64,000 nt of DNA from Candidatus Latescibacterota bacterium (GTDB lineage Bacteria > Latescibacterota > UBA2968 > UBA8231), in assembly GCA_965206595.1 (NCBI GenBank), contig OZ242214.1, forward strand, positions 5,344,001-5,408,000, read 5' to 3'. The position numbers were made by a program, and so were the translations under genes. The notes under the pieces were generated by a model. That model saw only the letters and a list, made by a program, of their open reading frames with translations, was not told where the DNA came from and did not search any database. Each line of letters opens with the position of its first letter. The stretch's first letter is position 1. Shown here one piece after another: positions 20,557-31,780 of this stretch.

Positions 20557-20642
20557 GTTGCCGAACGCAGGGCGTAACTCCCTGCGGCGAAAGCGGAGGG
20601 CTCGTTCAGCGTTACGCCGGGCTGGTGCAACGGGGCAATTCC

Positions 20643-20678
20643 TGCAGCAATTGCACGGGACGCGCTGCAACAATTGCC
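20643..20678. promoter_or_regulatory. Tandem palindromic sites, possible enhancer-binding-protein UAS
   Basis: TGCAGCAATTGCA (20643-55) and TGCAACAATTGCC (20666-78), 23 bp apart, ~90-120 bp upstream of the sigma54 site. Confidence 0.45.
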
Positions 20679-20887
20679 TCGCTGCGGCCAAGTCCTCGGG
20701 ACCGGCTGCAAAGTGACCGGGCGCCGCGGACGGTCGCTTGCTTGCGGTTATGTGCTGCCCGTGTCGGCAAGGATCCCGTGAGGTCACGTTTCTGCCGCTA
20801 TCGCGAGAGTTTTATCTTTGGCCCCTTTAAAGGCGGCGGATTGCCGCCGATGAAATGCAGAAAAAAAACCGAAACGGAGGTGAGTTG

Positions 20888-21934
20888 TTGGAAAAACGCA
20901 GCTTCGTCAGCGACAACAACGCCGGCATTCACCCGGAGGTGCTGCAGGCGATGATCGACGCCAATGTCGGTCACGAGGTGGGGTACGGTGAGGATCCGTA
21001 CACGGAAAGGGCGGTACATGCCTTTCGCGACCACTTCGGGGAGGAGACCGAGGTGTTTCTCGTATTCAACGGAACCGCGGCAAACGTCGTCAGCGCCGGC
21101 GGGGTCTGCACCCCGTACCAGGCGCTGATTTGCGGCGACTGCTCGCATATCCACGTCTCCGAAAGCGGCGCCGTCGAGCGCTTTGTCGGATGCCGGGTTT
21201 ATCCCGCCCCCACCGTCGACGGCAAGTTGACGGTCGCCGCTATTGAGCCGCTGACCCGCGAAGAAATTCCCGGACACAGCAGCCAGCCGCGTCTGCTGTC
21301 GATCACGCAGGCGACGGAGATGGGCACGGTATACACCGTTGAGGAGACGCGGGCGCTCGCGGACTTCGTCCACGAACGGGGGATGCTGCTGCATCTCGAC
21401 GGGGCGCGTCTCGCCAATGCTGCGGCAGCCCTGGGATTGTCCTTGCGCGCGGTTACCCGGGACGCCGGGGCCGACATCGTCAGCTTCGGAGGCACCAAGA
21501 ACGGCATGATGATCGGGGAGGCGGTGCTGTTCTTCGATGCCGGACTGGCGCGAGACTTCGGGTACGTGCGCAAGCAGGGTCTGCAGCTGGCGTCGAAGAT
21601 GCGGTTCATCGGCGCCCAGTTCGAAGCGGTGCTGCGCGGGGATCTGTGGCGCCGCACCGCCGAGCACGCAAACCGGATGGCCCGGCTGCTGGCCGAAAGG
21701 GTCCGCAACGTGCCGAACTTGAAAATCCTCTATCCCGCCGAGAGCAACGGCGTATTCGCCGAAATCCCCACCCCCTGTGTCGCCGAGTTGCAAAAGGAGT
21801 TCTACTTCATCGGCTTCGACCTCAGCGGTCCCACCTGTCAGGTGCGCTGGATGGCTTCTTTCGACACGACCGAGGAGGACGTCGAGCGGTTTGCCGCCCT
21901 GGTCGACAGAATCGTCGGCGGTTACGCTGGCTGA
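20888..21934 (+). CDS. ltaE: Low-specificity L-threonine aldolase
   Basis: FVSDN, YGED, NGTAAN, LHLDGARLANA, SFGGTKNG; GGAGG RBS before TTG. Confidence 0.88.
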   Translation: MEKRSFVSDNNAGIHPEVLQAMIDANVGHEVGYGEDPYTERAVHAFRDHFGEETEVFLVFNGTAANVVSAGGVCTPYQALICGDCSHIHVSESGAVERFVGCRVYPAPTVDGKLTVAAIEPLTREEIPGHSSQPRLLSITQATEMGTVYTVEETRALADFVHERGMLLHLDGARLANAAAALGLSLRAVTRDAGADIVSFGGTKNGMMIGEAVLFFDAGLARDFGYVRKQGLQLASKMRFIGAQFEAVLRGDLWRRTAEHANRMARLLAERVRNVPNLKILYPAESNGVFAEIPTPCVAELQKEFYFIGFDLSGPTCQVRWMASFDTTEEDVERFAALVDRIVGGYAG

Positions 21935-22085
21935 GGTTGAGCCAGGGCGGAGCTGTCGGAGCCAGATGTCGCCAAGGGTTGAAGCGGGGCGGATCCCACT
22001 GACAGCCGCCCCGCGAGCGGGCCCTGTTGGAAGAGTCGGATTGACGGCCCCCCGGGGGCACGGCCCCGGAACCGGCCAGGGCAGC

Positions 22086-23114
22086 TCAGAAGCTGAGAAC
22101 CATCGTCCAGAACGGCGACTTCCCGACCTCGATATCGTCTCCGAACGGCTCCAGGCGGCCGGACTGCTGGTCGACGCGGAAGCAGCGCATCTGGTTGGCC
22201 GCCTCGCCGGTGCAGTAACAGAAGCGGCCGCCGGGATCGATGTTGAAGGAACGCGGGCTCGAGGGCACGGGGTAATGGCCGAAGGGGGACAGCCGGCCGT
22301 CTCCGCCGATCTCGAATCCGACGATGGAATCGCCGGGGCCGCGGTTGGAAGCGTAGAGCCACCTGCCGTTTGGGTGGACTTCGACGTGGGCGCAGTGACT
22401 GGTCTCGGAGTAACCGTCCGGCAGGGTCGAGACAGTCTGGAAAATCTCCAGCGTTCCGCAATCGGCGTCGTAGCGGTGAGCGGTGACGCTGTTCCCCTGC
22501 TCGTTGACGGTGTAGACGACGTCGCCCCCGGGACCGAAGCACATGTGGCGTGGTCCGGTGTTGTCGTCGGACGGTGTCACTTCGGTCGGGTCGTTCGCCC
22601 GTAGCTGTCCCGAGCTGCTGTCGAAGCGGAACTGGGAGGTCTTGTTGTTGGGACAGACGTGGGGGATGAATACGAACCGCTCCGTCGGATCGATCAGCAC
22701 GGCGTGGGCTTTCTCCCCGGTGTCGACGCGCTGTACCAGGTCCCCGATGGAGCCGTCGTCTGCAACCGCGTGAACGGTCACTCCGCCTCCGGTGTAGTAC
22801 CCGGCGATCAGGAAACGGCCGCCTCCGCAGGGGACCGCAAGAGCGGGGGTGGCGTGGCCTGTCGCCACCTTGTTGATGTGCTCCAGGGCGCCGGTCGTCC
22901 TGTCCAGGCGGTAGCTCGACAGCTCCGTCGAACCGACGTGGGCACCGAATACACGGTCACCGGAGGGCCCCAGGGTCAGGGCGCCGATCGGTCCATGCGC
23001 GGGGCTGACCCCGGCAAGCTCCAGGGCACCGCTGTTGGCGTCCATCGAATACGTTCTGATCTCTTCGTCGCCGGTGAGAGCGACAAATACGAAAAACCGC
23101 GATGCGTCCGTCAT
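22086..23114 (-). CDS. 6-phosphogluconolactonase-type beta-propeller lactonase
   Basis: AHAV, GPRH, VNE, LYASNRG, PRSFNIDP. Confidence 0.85.
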   Translation of the reverse strand: MTDASRFFVFVALTGDEEIRTYSMDANSGALELAGVSPAHGPIGALTLGPSGDRVFGAHVGSTELSSYRLDRTTGALEHINKVATGHATPALAVPCGGGRFLIAGYYTGGGVTVHAVADDGSIGDLVQRVDTGEKAHAVLIDPTERFVFIPHVCPNNKTSQFRFDSSSGQLRANDPTEVTPSDDNTGPRHMCFGPGGDVVYTVNEQGNSVTAHRYDADCGTLEIFQTVSTLPDGYSETSHCAHVEVHPNGRWLYASNRGPGDSIVGFEIGGDGRLSPFGHYPVPSSPRSFNIDPGGRFCYCTGEAANQMRCFRVDQQSGRLEPFGDDIEVGKSPFWTMVLSF

Positions 23115-23196
23115 TTCCTTGCTCTTCGGTGGCGGTTGGACTGTTCCGGACCAGCGCCGGGTGCTCGGAGGAAAAGTATGGAGATCCGGCGGGCTC

Positions 23197-24723
23197 TCAA
23201 ACCGCGCGATCGAGGGTGCGGTACTGTATCGCCTCGGAAATGTGCTGTTCCGAGATGTCGTCGGCGCGGTCGAGATCGGCGATCGTCCGGCCGACTTTGA
23301 GAATGCGGTCGTAGGCGCGCGCGGAGAGTCCCAGGGTTTCGATCGCCCTCCCGAGCAGCTTCTCGCCGCCGCATGTGAGATGACAGTAGCGGCGAATGTC
23401 CCTGGCCTCCATGTGGCCGTTGCAGAAGAGGTCCTCACGCCCTTCGAAGCGGCCCCGCTGTATACGGCGCGCCTCTTCGACGTGCCGGCGGAATTCAGAC
23501 GACGGGGCGCGCTCGGAGCGGGACGCGAGGTCGCGGTACTCGACACCCGGTACGTCGATGTGGATGTCGATGCGGTCGAGGAGCGGTCCGGAGATCCGGG
23601 CGCGGTAGCGCTCGATCAGCAGCGGCGTGCAGGTGCAATCTCGCCGCGGGTCGAAAAGAAAGCCGCACGGACAGGGGTTCATGGCGGCGATCAGCATGAA
23701 ACGGGCGGGAAAGGACAGGGTCACCGAAGCGCGGCCGATGGTGATGCGGTGATCTTCCAAGGGTTGCCGCAGGGCCTCGATCACGTGCCTCTGGAACTCC
23801 GGCAGCTCATCGAGGAAGAGCACGCCGTGATGGGCAAGGGACACCTCGCCAGGGCGCGGATGCGAGCCGCCGCCGATCAGTCCGGCGTTGGAGATGGTGT
23901 GATGCGGTGCCCGGAACGGGCGCGACGCAACGACAGCTTCGCCGGGCGCCAGGGCCCCGGCCACCGAGTGAATCTTGGTCGTCGCCAGCGCTTCTTCGAG
24001 CGACATCGCGGCGAGGATCGACGGCACCCGGCGGGCGAGCATGGTCTTGCCCGAACCGGGCGGTCCGATCATCAGGATGTTGTGGGACCCTGCGGCGGCG
24101 ACCTCGAGGGCGCGCTTGGCGTGCTGCTGGCCGCCGACGTCGGCGAAGTCGAAATCGGCGCGGGTGCCTTGGGGGAGCATCTGTGAGGGGTCGAAGTCGT
24201 GGGGCGCCAGGCGCACGCTGCCTTCGAGAATCTCCACCGCCTCGCGCAGGGTGCTGGCGCCGTAGACGAGGGGTCCGCCGGCGAGCGCTGCCTCGCGGGC
24301 GTTCTGCCGGGGCACGATCATGCCGTAGACCTCCGGGTCCATGTCGGTGGCCACGGAGAGCGCACCGGTGACCGGGCGCAGACTGGCGTCGAGAGAGAGT
24401 TCCCCCAACAGCACGAAATCGCTCAGGCGGCTGGTATCGACCTGGCCGGAGGCCACGAGGATGCCTACGGCGATCGGCAGGTCGAAGGAAGAACCCTCCT
24501 TGCGAATTCCGGCCGGGGCGAGATTCACGGTGACGCGCCGCCGCGGCCACTCGAATCCCGCATTGCGGATCGCCGCCATGACCCGCTCGCGGCTTTCGCG
24601 CACCGCGCTGTCGGGAAGGCCGACGACACAGAAGGTCGGAAGGTGGCGGTCGGTGTCGACCTCGACGTGGACGAGATAGGCGTCGATACCGAGGGTGGCG
24701 GCGCTTAGCACGGTGGCCGGCAT
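23197..24723 (-). CDS. comM: YifB/ComM Mg-chelatase-like AAA ATPase
   Basis: VGLPDSAVRESRERV, GPPGSGKT, FRAPHHT, GVLFLDELPEF, SGPLLDRID. Confidence 0.93.
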   Translation of the reverse strand: MPATVLSAATLGIDAYLVHVEVDTDRHLPTFCVVGLPDSAVRESRERVMAAIRNAGFEWPRRRVTVNLAPAGIRKEGSSFDLPIAVGILVASGQVDTSRLSDFVLLGELSLDASLRPVTGALSVATDMDPEVYGMIVPRQNAREAALAGGPLVYGASTLREAVEILEGSVRLAPHDFDPSQMLPQGTRADFDFADVGGQQHAKRALEVAAAGSHNILMIGPPGSGKTMLARRVPSILAAMSLEEALATTKIHSVAGALAPGEAVVASRPFRAPHHTISNAGLIGGGSHPRPGEVSLAHHGVLFLDELPEFQRHVIEALRQPLEDHRITIGRASVTLSFPARFMLIAAMNPCPCGFLFDPRRDCTCTPLLIERYRARISGPLLDRIDIHIDVPGVEYRDLASRSERAPSSEFRRHVEEARRIQRGRFEGREDLFCNGHMEARDIRRYCHLTCGGEKLLGRAIETLGLSARAYDRILKVGRTIADLDRADDISEQHISEAIQYRTLDRAV

Positions 24724-25099
24724 GAGGACGGGGCCGCAAATCACATGCCCGCGGAGCCACCCCGGAAAACGGGCCGGCGCCGCGTCGCGTTGTATCCTGT
24801 GGGTTACAGTCTGTACCCCGGGGGAGCCGGGATCCCCGGGAAGCCTCCCCGAATTTCGGAAACCCCATTACTCCGCAGCTGGTTTTCCAGACAGGTGCGC
24901 CTGACGCTCCGGCATCCCGTCGTGCCATGTCGCCCCGGGATTTTGCCCGTTGCCGGAATGGCGCCGAGCTACAGGGCTGCTTGAGACAGGGGGAAAGGTT
25001 GCGCAATATTCTGAATCCAAAAGGCAATGTGCACCTGCGAGCGCCAAAAATGCTCGACTCCATCTGCCAATCCCGCATCCCGGACGCATCGGAAAACAA

Positions 25100-25837
25100 T
25101 TGTCCAGCGAAAACGAGCAGCTCGACACCCTCGAACGCGATGGTTTCGTTCACGTTCACAGAGCTCTCACGGCAACGGAGACCGAGGGGGTAAGGAAGCG
25201 GATCGACCACGCCCGCGAGATGGGATGGGAAGAGGGCCTCAACGAGGTCGGCAACATGTGGTTCGACTCGCTTCTCCAACGCGAACCTGACCATTTCCAG
25301 TTCCTGGTTGCCCACCCGAGCGTGGCCCCCCTTCTCGAGGGCATGATGGGCAGGCAGTGTCAGCTGCGCAGCCTGCGCTGCCACATCAATCCCGGGCCCT
25401 ACCTGCAGGAGTGGCACATGGACTTCTACGGGTACTGGGAGGAAAGGCGGCGTGTCGGCCAGCACCGTCTCGCCGTGCAGCCCGCCGGGGTCAATACGAC
25501 GTTCTACCTGCAGGACAACAACCCCGGGGACGGCCACCTGAAGTTCATCAAGGGCGGCCACCTCGTGGAGCCGCCGCATCTGTGCCCGCTGGACCGCCCC
25601 CGGTTCGAGGAGTGGTGCGAAGCGCAGGACCACGTAGTTCTCCACCCAATGGCGGGAGACGCCGTCGTGTTCCTGAGCCACATCCCACACCAGGGAGCCA
25701 AGGAGAGGGACGACATGGAGCGAAGCAACGTCGTCTGCCACTACCATGTCGCGCCGATGTACGCCGGCATCTGGCACGTGTCGCGGCCACCCGGAGAATC
25801 GGCGGCCACCTTTCCCTTCGCGGCAGCCGGCTCATGA
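25100..25837 (+). CDS. PhyH-family dioxygenase (start uncertain)
   Basis: ERDGFV, WHMD, GHLKFIKGGH, AGDAVVFLSHIPH. Confidence 0.8.
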   Translation: MSSENEQLDTLERDGFVHVHRALTATETEGVRKRIDHAREMGWEEGLNEVGNMWFDSLLQREPDHFQFLVAHPSVAPLLEGMMGRQCQLRSLRCHINPGPYLQEWHMDFYGYWEERRRVGQHRLAVQPAGVNTTFYLQDNNPGDGHLKFIKGGHLVEPPHLCPLDRPRFEEWCEAQDHVVLHPMAGDAVVFLSHIPHQGAKERDDMERSNVVCHYHVAPMYAGIWHVSRPPGESAATFPFAAAGS

Positions 25838-26328
25838 AACGGGTTCGGTGCAAATGGTTTGCCCAGCTGGGGGCGCTCTTCCTTGTCGCCAACTGCGGCA
25901 CCAACCCCGAAACGGCTCCTGGCAATGCATCAGGAGCCATGGAACAGGACAAGTTCGCCGGCTTGGAGGGCGTTCTCCTGTATTACCTCAAGGCCCAGGA
26001 GGCCCTGGCCAACGACCGCTTCGAGCCGGCAAAGAAGGCCCTGGAGACGCTGCAGGCGCACATGGATCCGGAGCATGCCGGGCGGTTCGGTGCTGTTGCC
26101 GACATCGAGGCGCTGCGCGCCGAGTTTCTGCCGCTGTCGAACGCCTTGCTCGACAGCGAGCTCCCGGAGGGCTACCGCGTCGCCCACTGTCCGATGGCCT
26201 TCGACTACGAGGGGGCGTACTGGATTCAGAAGGATGGGGAGATCGCAAATCCCTATTACGGTTCGGGGATGCTGCACTGCGGTGTGTTCGTGGAACTCGA
26301 AGCGAAGCCCGAAGATTCCGGCAACTGA
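25834..26328 (+). CDS. DUF3347-type heavy-metal-binding lipoprotein
   Basis: Signal ending LVANC; CPMA...W...IANPYYG..MLHCG motif; ATGA overlap. Confidence 0.75.
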   Translation: MKRVRCKWFAQLGALFLVANCGTNPETAPGNASGAMEQDKFAGLEGVLLYYLKAQEALANDRFEPAKKALETLQAHMDPEHAGRFGAVADIEALRAEFLPLSNALLDSELPEGYRVAHCPMAFDYEGAYWIQKDGEIANPYYGSGMLHCGVFVELEAKPEDSGN

Positions 26329-26391
26329 ACGATCCCCCTCGCCGCTATGCCGGAGTCAGCTGCCCTGCACCCACTTTCCCAGGGAAACCAG

Positions 26392-27152
26392 ATGAGAACG
26401 ATTGACCTGACGGTCCGCTATTTCCAGGACAGCCCGCCGGAGGGCCGGCCCTACCGCGAGGAGCTGTTCATCAGGCGGGAGACGACCATGTCCCTGCCGG
26501 TCGGCCAGACCGCCCTGGTGCTGGTGGACGTGTGGAAAATCACTTCATAGAAAGCTGGCTGGAGCGGGCGTCGCAGGTGATGCGGGAGGCGCTGGTTCCC
26601 GTCCTCGAAACGGCCAGGGCTGCGGGTCTCACCATCGTACACGCCCCCTGTCCAGAAGTGGCGGCGCAGTACGATCAGCTTGCCTGCCACCAGCCCCCGA
26701 CGTCGCAGCCGGAGCCGGACTGGCCCCCCGCCGGGTTCCGCAACCGGCTGGGGGCCTATGCAGCTTTCCGCGGCCCTCGCGACCAGCCCCCCGGCATTCC
26801 CCGGATCGAATCGCTGGGCATGTCCCCGGCCATCGAGGTCGCGGCCGACGACTTCGTTGTCGCCACCGGCCAGCAGCTGCACGACCTCTGCCGCGAGCGC
26901 GGGATCCTGCACCTGGTGTACGCTGGCTTCGCGACCAACTGGTGTATCCTGGTCCGCGACTATGGGATGCGCGCCATGCGCAGGCGGGGCTACAACCTGA
27001 TTCTGCTTCGCGACGCAACCATGGACGTGGAGTTCCCCGACACCCTCGGCGAATTGATGGCGACGGAGCTGGCGATTCGCGAAGCGGAGCAGCAGATCGG
27101 ATTTTCCGCCTCCAACGAGGATTTCCTCGCGGTCTGCAGGGGCGTGGGTTAG
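26392..27152 (+). CDS. Isochorismatase/cysteine hydrolase family protein, frameshift near 26533-26538
   Basis: TALVLVDVW in one frame continues as ENHF...ARAAGLTIVHAP...AGFATNWC...LRDAT if one base is added. Confidence 0.75.
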
Positions 27153-27199
27153 TTCTGTTTCCGTCTGAAATTCACGCCGAATTGCGCGCAACAGGAGAC

Positions 27200-27777
27200 C
27201 TAGTTGAGCTCCAGGGGCCGCAGCATGCCTTCATACGGTCCGGCCTGCTGGCCTGGACGCATGTAAACCTTGCGCATGTAGTCGAGCGCCCCGGAGATCG
27301 ACTCGAAACTCAACGGCAAGCGCCTTGAACACCGAGGCCTGTGGGGACATCGTCATCTCCATGCGTTCTGCAACGATGCCGTATGCCTGTTAGACCCTGT
27401 TCGAGGTAGTAGCCCAGCAGCGACTCCGCCTCCAGGTGGGCTCTGAAGAGGCCGCATATGAACAGGGTGTAGTCGCCGCAGTGACGCCGCACCTCCACTT
27501 CGCGTTCGAAATGGTAGGGGATCGCCGGGTTCCAGGCGCGCATCAGTTCGAGCAGCATGGCGGCCACCGTTTCCAAGCGCCGGCCGCGAGCGTCGCGGAT
27601 TCGGTAGAGCTCGTCGGCCCGCGCAAAGTCGGCGAGCAGTCTGGTTACGTAGTCGATGAGCTCGCGGCTCTGCAGGCCCAGCATGCCGAACGAAGGGGCC
27701 ACCATGTGCTGGAAAAACCGGCGCAGGCAGGCCTGGGATTCCGCAGTGACCGGCCTGTTTTGAATCGATCTCGACAT
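27200..27777 (-). pseudogene. Conserved-looking hypothetical protein with two +1 frameshifts
   Basis: YRIRDARGRRLE...RHCGDYTLFICGLF; protein-like C-terminus QAYGIVAE...FESISGALDYMRKVY recovered after shifts near 27392 and 27307. Confidence 0.55.
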
Positions 27778-27932
27778 GTTATACCGTATGCGGGAACGAG
27801 GTCATATGATATCCATCATGCTTTCTCTTCAAAGTAGTCGCCTCGGTTCCGGGTTCCGAAGGACGCTGAAGACCGCGACAGTATCTTGGGGCTCCTCCGA
27901 ATCGATCCCCCCCGCCACGACAGGATAACACC

Positions 27933-28688
27933 GTGTTTCCCGGGCGCAAACTGACGCTGTTGCTCATCCCCGAAGAGGGTGGCCGCACCTACGAACTCAA
28001 GATTCCCCGCATCTTTGTCGGGCTCTCTGCGCTGCTGGCGGCAGGCGCCTGCGTGCTGCTGGTTATCGGCGCCCGCTATCTCTTCGAGGCGCACACCCTC
28101 TCTTCCAAACTGGAGCGGCTGGAGAAGGAACGGCGGCATCTCACCGAGGCGGTAATGCAGATCGACGAGCTCGAGAAAACCCTCGGCCGCCTGCAGAGCC
28201 AGAGTGACCAGCTGCGCCGTATACTGGGCAGCCAAAGCGGCTACCACTCACCGCAGGAAGGTTCGACAACGGACCGCTACCGCGGCCGCTACGTCTCTTC
28301 GGTATTTCGGCTGCAACACGGCCAGGTCCGCACCGTCCCGGCACTGTGGCCTGTCCGGGGAGTGCTTCGCCAACCTTTCGGAAGCAAGGGCGTGCTCATC
28401 GCCACGCCGCCGGGGAGCCTGGTGCGGGCGACCGCACCAGGCCGCGTGACGGAAGCCGGTTTTGACCGGGGGCTCGGCCAGACATTGCGCATCGATCACG
28501 GCAGCGGTCTTTCCACTTGTTACGGCCACAATCGCATCCTCCTGGCCGAAGCCGGGGAGTACGTCTTCCGCGGGCAGCCGATAGCGCTGTCCGGGGCCCC
28601 GCCAAGCGGGGGAGAGCCGGCGATTCATTACGCCGTGTTCGAAAACGGCCGGGCTCGCGACTCCACTCGATTCCGTCTGTGGTTGTGA
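27933..28688 (+). CDS. M23/LytM peptidase-like protein with TM helix and coiled coil
   Basis: PALWPVRG, VRATAPGRV, IDHGSG..TCYGH, V.RGQPIALSG, IHYAV. Confidence 0.8.
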   Translation: MFPGRKLTLLLIPEEGGRTYELKIPRIFVGLSALLAAGACVLLVIGARYLFEAHTLSSKLERLEKERRHLTEAVMQIDELEKTLGRLQSQSDQLRRILGSQSGYHSPQEGSTTDRYRGRYVSSVFRLQHGQVRTVPALWPVRGVLRQPFGSKGVLIATPPGSLVRATAPGRVTEAGFDRGLGQTLRIDHGSGLSTCYGHNRILLAEAGEYVFRGQPIALSGAPPSGGEPAIHYAVFENGRARDSTRFRLWL

Positions 28689-29073
28689 AACCCCCGCGAA
28701 AAAAGAGGGGGACGGCACCGTTATCGGGCCCGGAGCGCAGGTAGACGGGGTGTTCGATATCGATCATCCCGTCCGCGTCGACGGCAAGCTCAGCGGGCGC
28801 CTGATCACGTCCGGCCCCCTGATCGTAGGTGAAAACGGCTTCGTGGAAGCCGAGGAGATCGAGGTGGGAGAGGCTGTCATCCGCGGCCGCGTTGCGGGCA
28901 GAATCGTGGCCAGCGAGAGGGTCTGCCTGGCCTTGACTTCCCGGTTTCGAGGTTCCGTCAGGACCCCCCACCTGGTGATCGAAGAGGGGGCGCAGGTCGA
29001 GTATTCCTCCCCGGAAGAATCCGGCTCGTCTATTTCCGCGCCTCCGGGTTCCACCGAACGCAACGACTCCTGA
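28685..29073 (+). CDS. Bactofilin (polymer-forming cytoskeletal protein); GTG start needs a -1 shift at A6
   Basis: TVIGPGAQVDG...VRVDG...LIVGENG...LVIEEGA; typical M23-bactofilin gene pair. Confidence 0.8.
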
Positions 29074-29123
29074 AGGCGGGACTGCGGCGGCCGGGGGGGG
29101 GGGCAGTGCTGGCGCAAAACAGA

Positions 29124-29156
29124 AAGGGGGTTCCGCTGTTTGGGCGGAACCCCCTT
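29124..29156. terminator. Hairpin terminator between convergent bactofilin and groEL
   Basis: 13-bp stem AAGGGGGTTCCGC / GCGGAACCCCCTT. Confidence 0.8.
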
Positions 29157-29180
29157 CTATTTCGTATCGCCTTGAGACGA

Positions 29181-30863
<1,683 letters not shown>

Positions 30864-30890
30864 TCACCGGAACGAAGGACAACAAATAGG

Positions 30891-30917
30891 ATAGCACTCA
30901 CAGGCTTGGAGTGCCAA
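30891..30917 (-). promoter_or_regulatory. CIRCE element (HrcA operator)
   Basis: TTGGCACTC-N9-GAGTGCTAT vs consensus TTAGCACTC-N9-GAGTGCTAA, upstream of groEL. Confidence 0.88.
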
Positions 30918-30946
30918 TTCAGTCTTGTGAGACTTTGAATATAGGG

Positions 30947-31765
30947 ATGACCGAGGAGCGTAGCAACCCGAATCTGCTGGTCTGTCCTGCCGGGACCATC
31001 CCCTACGACAGCGCCTGGCAATGGCAGAAAAGCCTGCGCGAACGCCGCCTTGCCGGGGAACTTCCCGACCTCCTCCTGCTGCTGGATCATCCCCCGAGCT
31101 ACACCCTGGGTCGTTCGACCAGACCGGACCACCTGGAGGCCGCCGAGGGCAGGGGGATATCGATACACAGGATCGAGCGCGGTGGCAGCATCACCTACCA
31201 CGGCCCGGGACAGATCGTCGGCTACCCGATCATCGACCTGCGCCCGAGGGGGCGGGACATTCACCGCTTCATCCGCGAGCTGGAGGAGGTGCTGATCCGG
31301 ACGCTGCTCGAGCTCCGGCTCGGTGCCCGGAGGCGTTCCGGCTTGACCGGGGTCTGGGTTGAAGACAAGAAGATCGTCGCCATCGGGGTACATGTCCGCC
31401 ACTGGATCACCATACATGGCTTTGCGTTGAATGTGACGACCGAGCTCGACCCCTTCCGCTGGATCCGGCCCTGCGGGCTCGACGTCGCCGTAACTTCGGT
31501 TGCGCAGCTTCTGGGGGAGAGCGCTCCCGGCATCGACGAGGTCCGCGCCATCGTCAGACGCCAATTCGAAGCGGTGTTCGGATGCCGCAGCGAGCTGGTC
31601 GAGCCGGAGCAGCTGGGGCTTTACCCGATGGTCGGGGGGAATTCCATCCCAGAGAGAGGTGCAGAGGTGGAGCCTGGGGGAACGGACATCGGCAAATTGC
31701 CGTTTCCACAGGCAGCGGTTACCTTCGGGAAATTTGGCGACCAAGTCGCCCGCAAGAACGGATAG
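30947..31765 (+). CDS. lipB: Octanoyltransferase LipB
   Basis: HPPSYTLGR, RGGSITYHGPGQ, HGFALNV, IRPCG. Confidence 0.93.
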   Translation: MTEERSNPNLLVCPAGTIPYDSAWQWQKSLRERRLAGELPDLLLLLDHPPSYTLGRSTRPDHLEAAEGRGISIHRIERGGSITYHGPGQIVGYPIIDLRPRGRDIHRFIRELEEVLIRTLLELRLGARRRSGLTGVWVEDKKIVAIGVHVRHWITIHGFALNVTTELDPFRWIRPCGLDVAVTSVAQLLGESAPGIDEVRAIVRRQFEAVFGCRSELVEPEQLGLYPMVGGNSIPERGAEVEPGGTDIGKLPFPQAAVTFGKFGDQVARKNG

Positions 31766-31780
31766 CGACTCATACTCATC

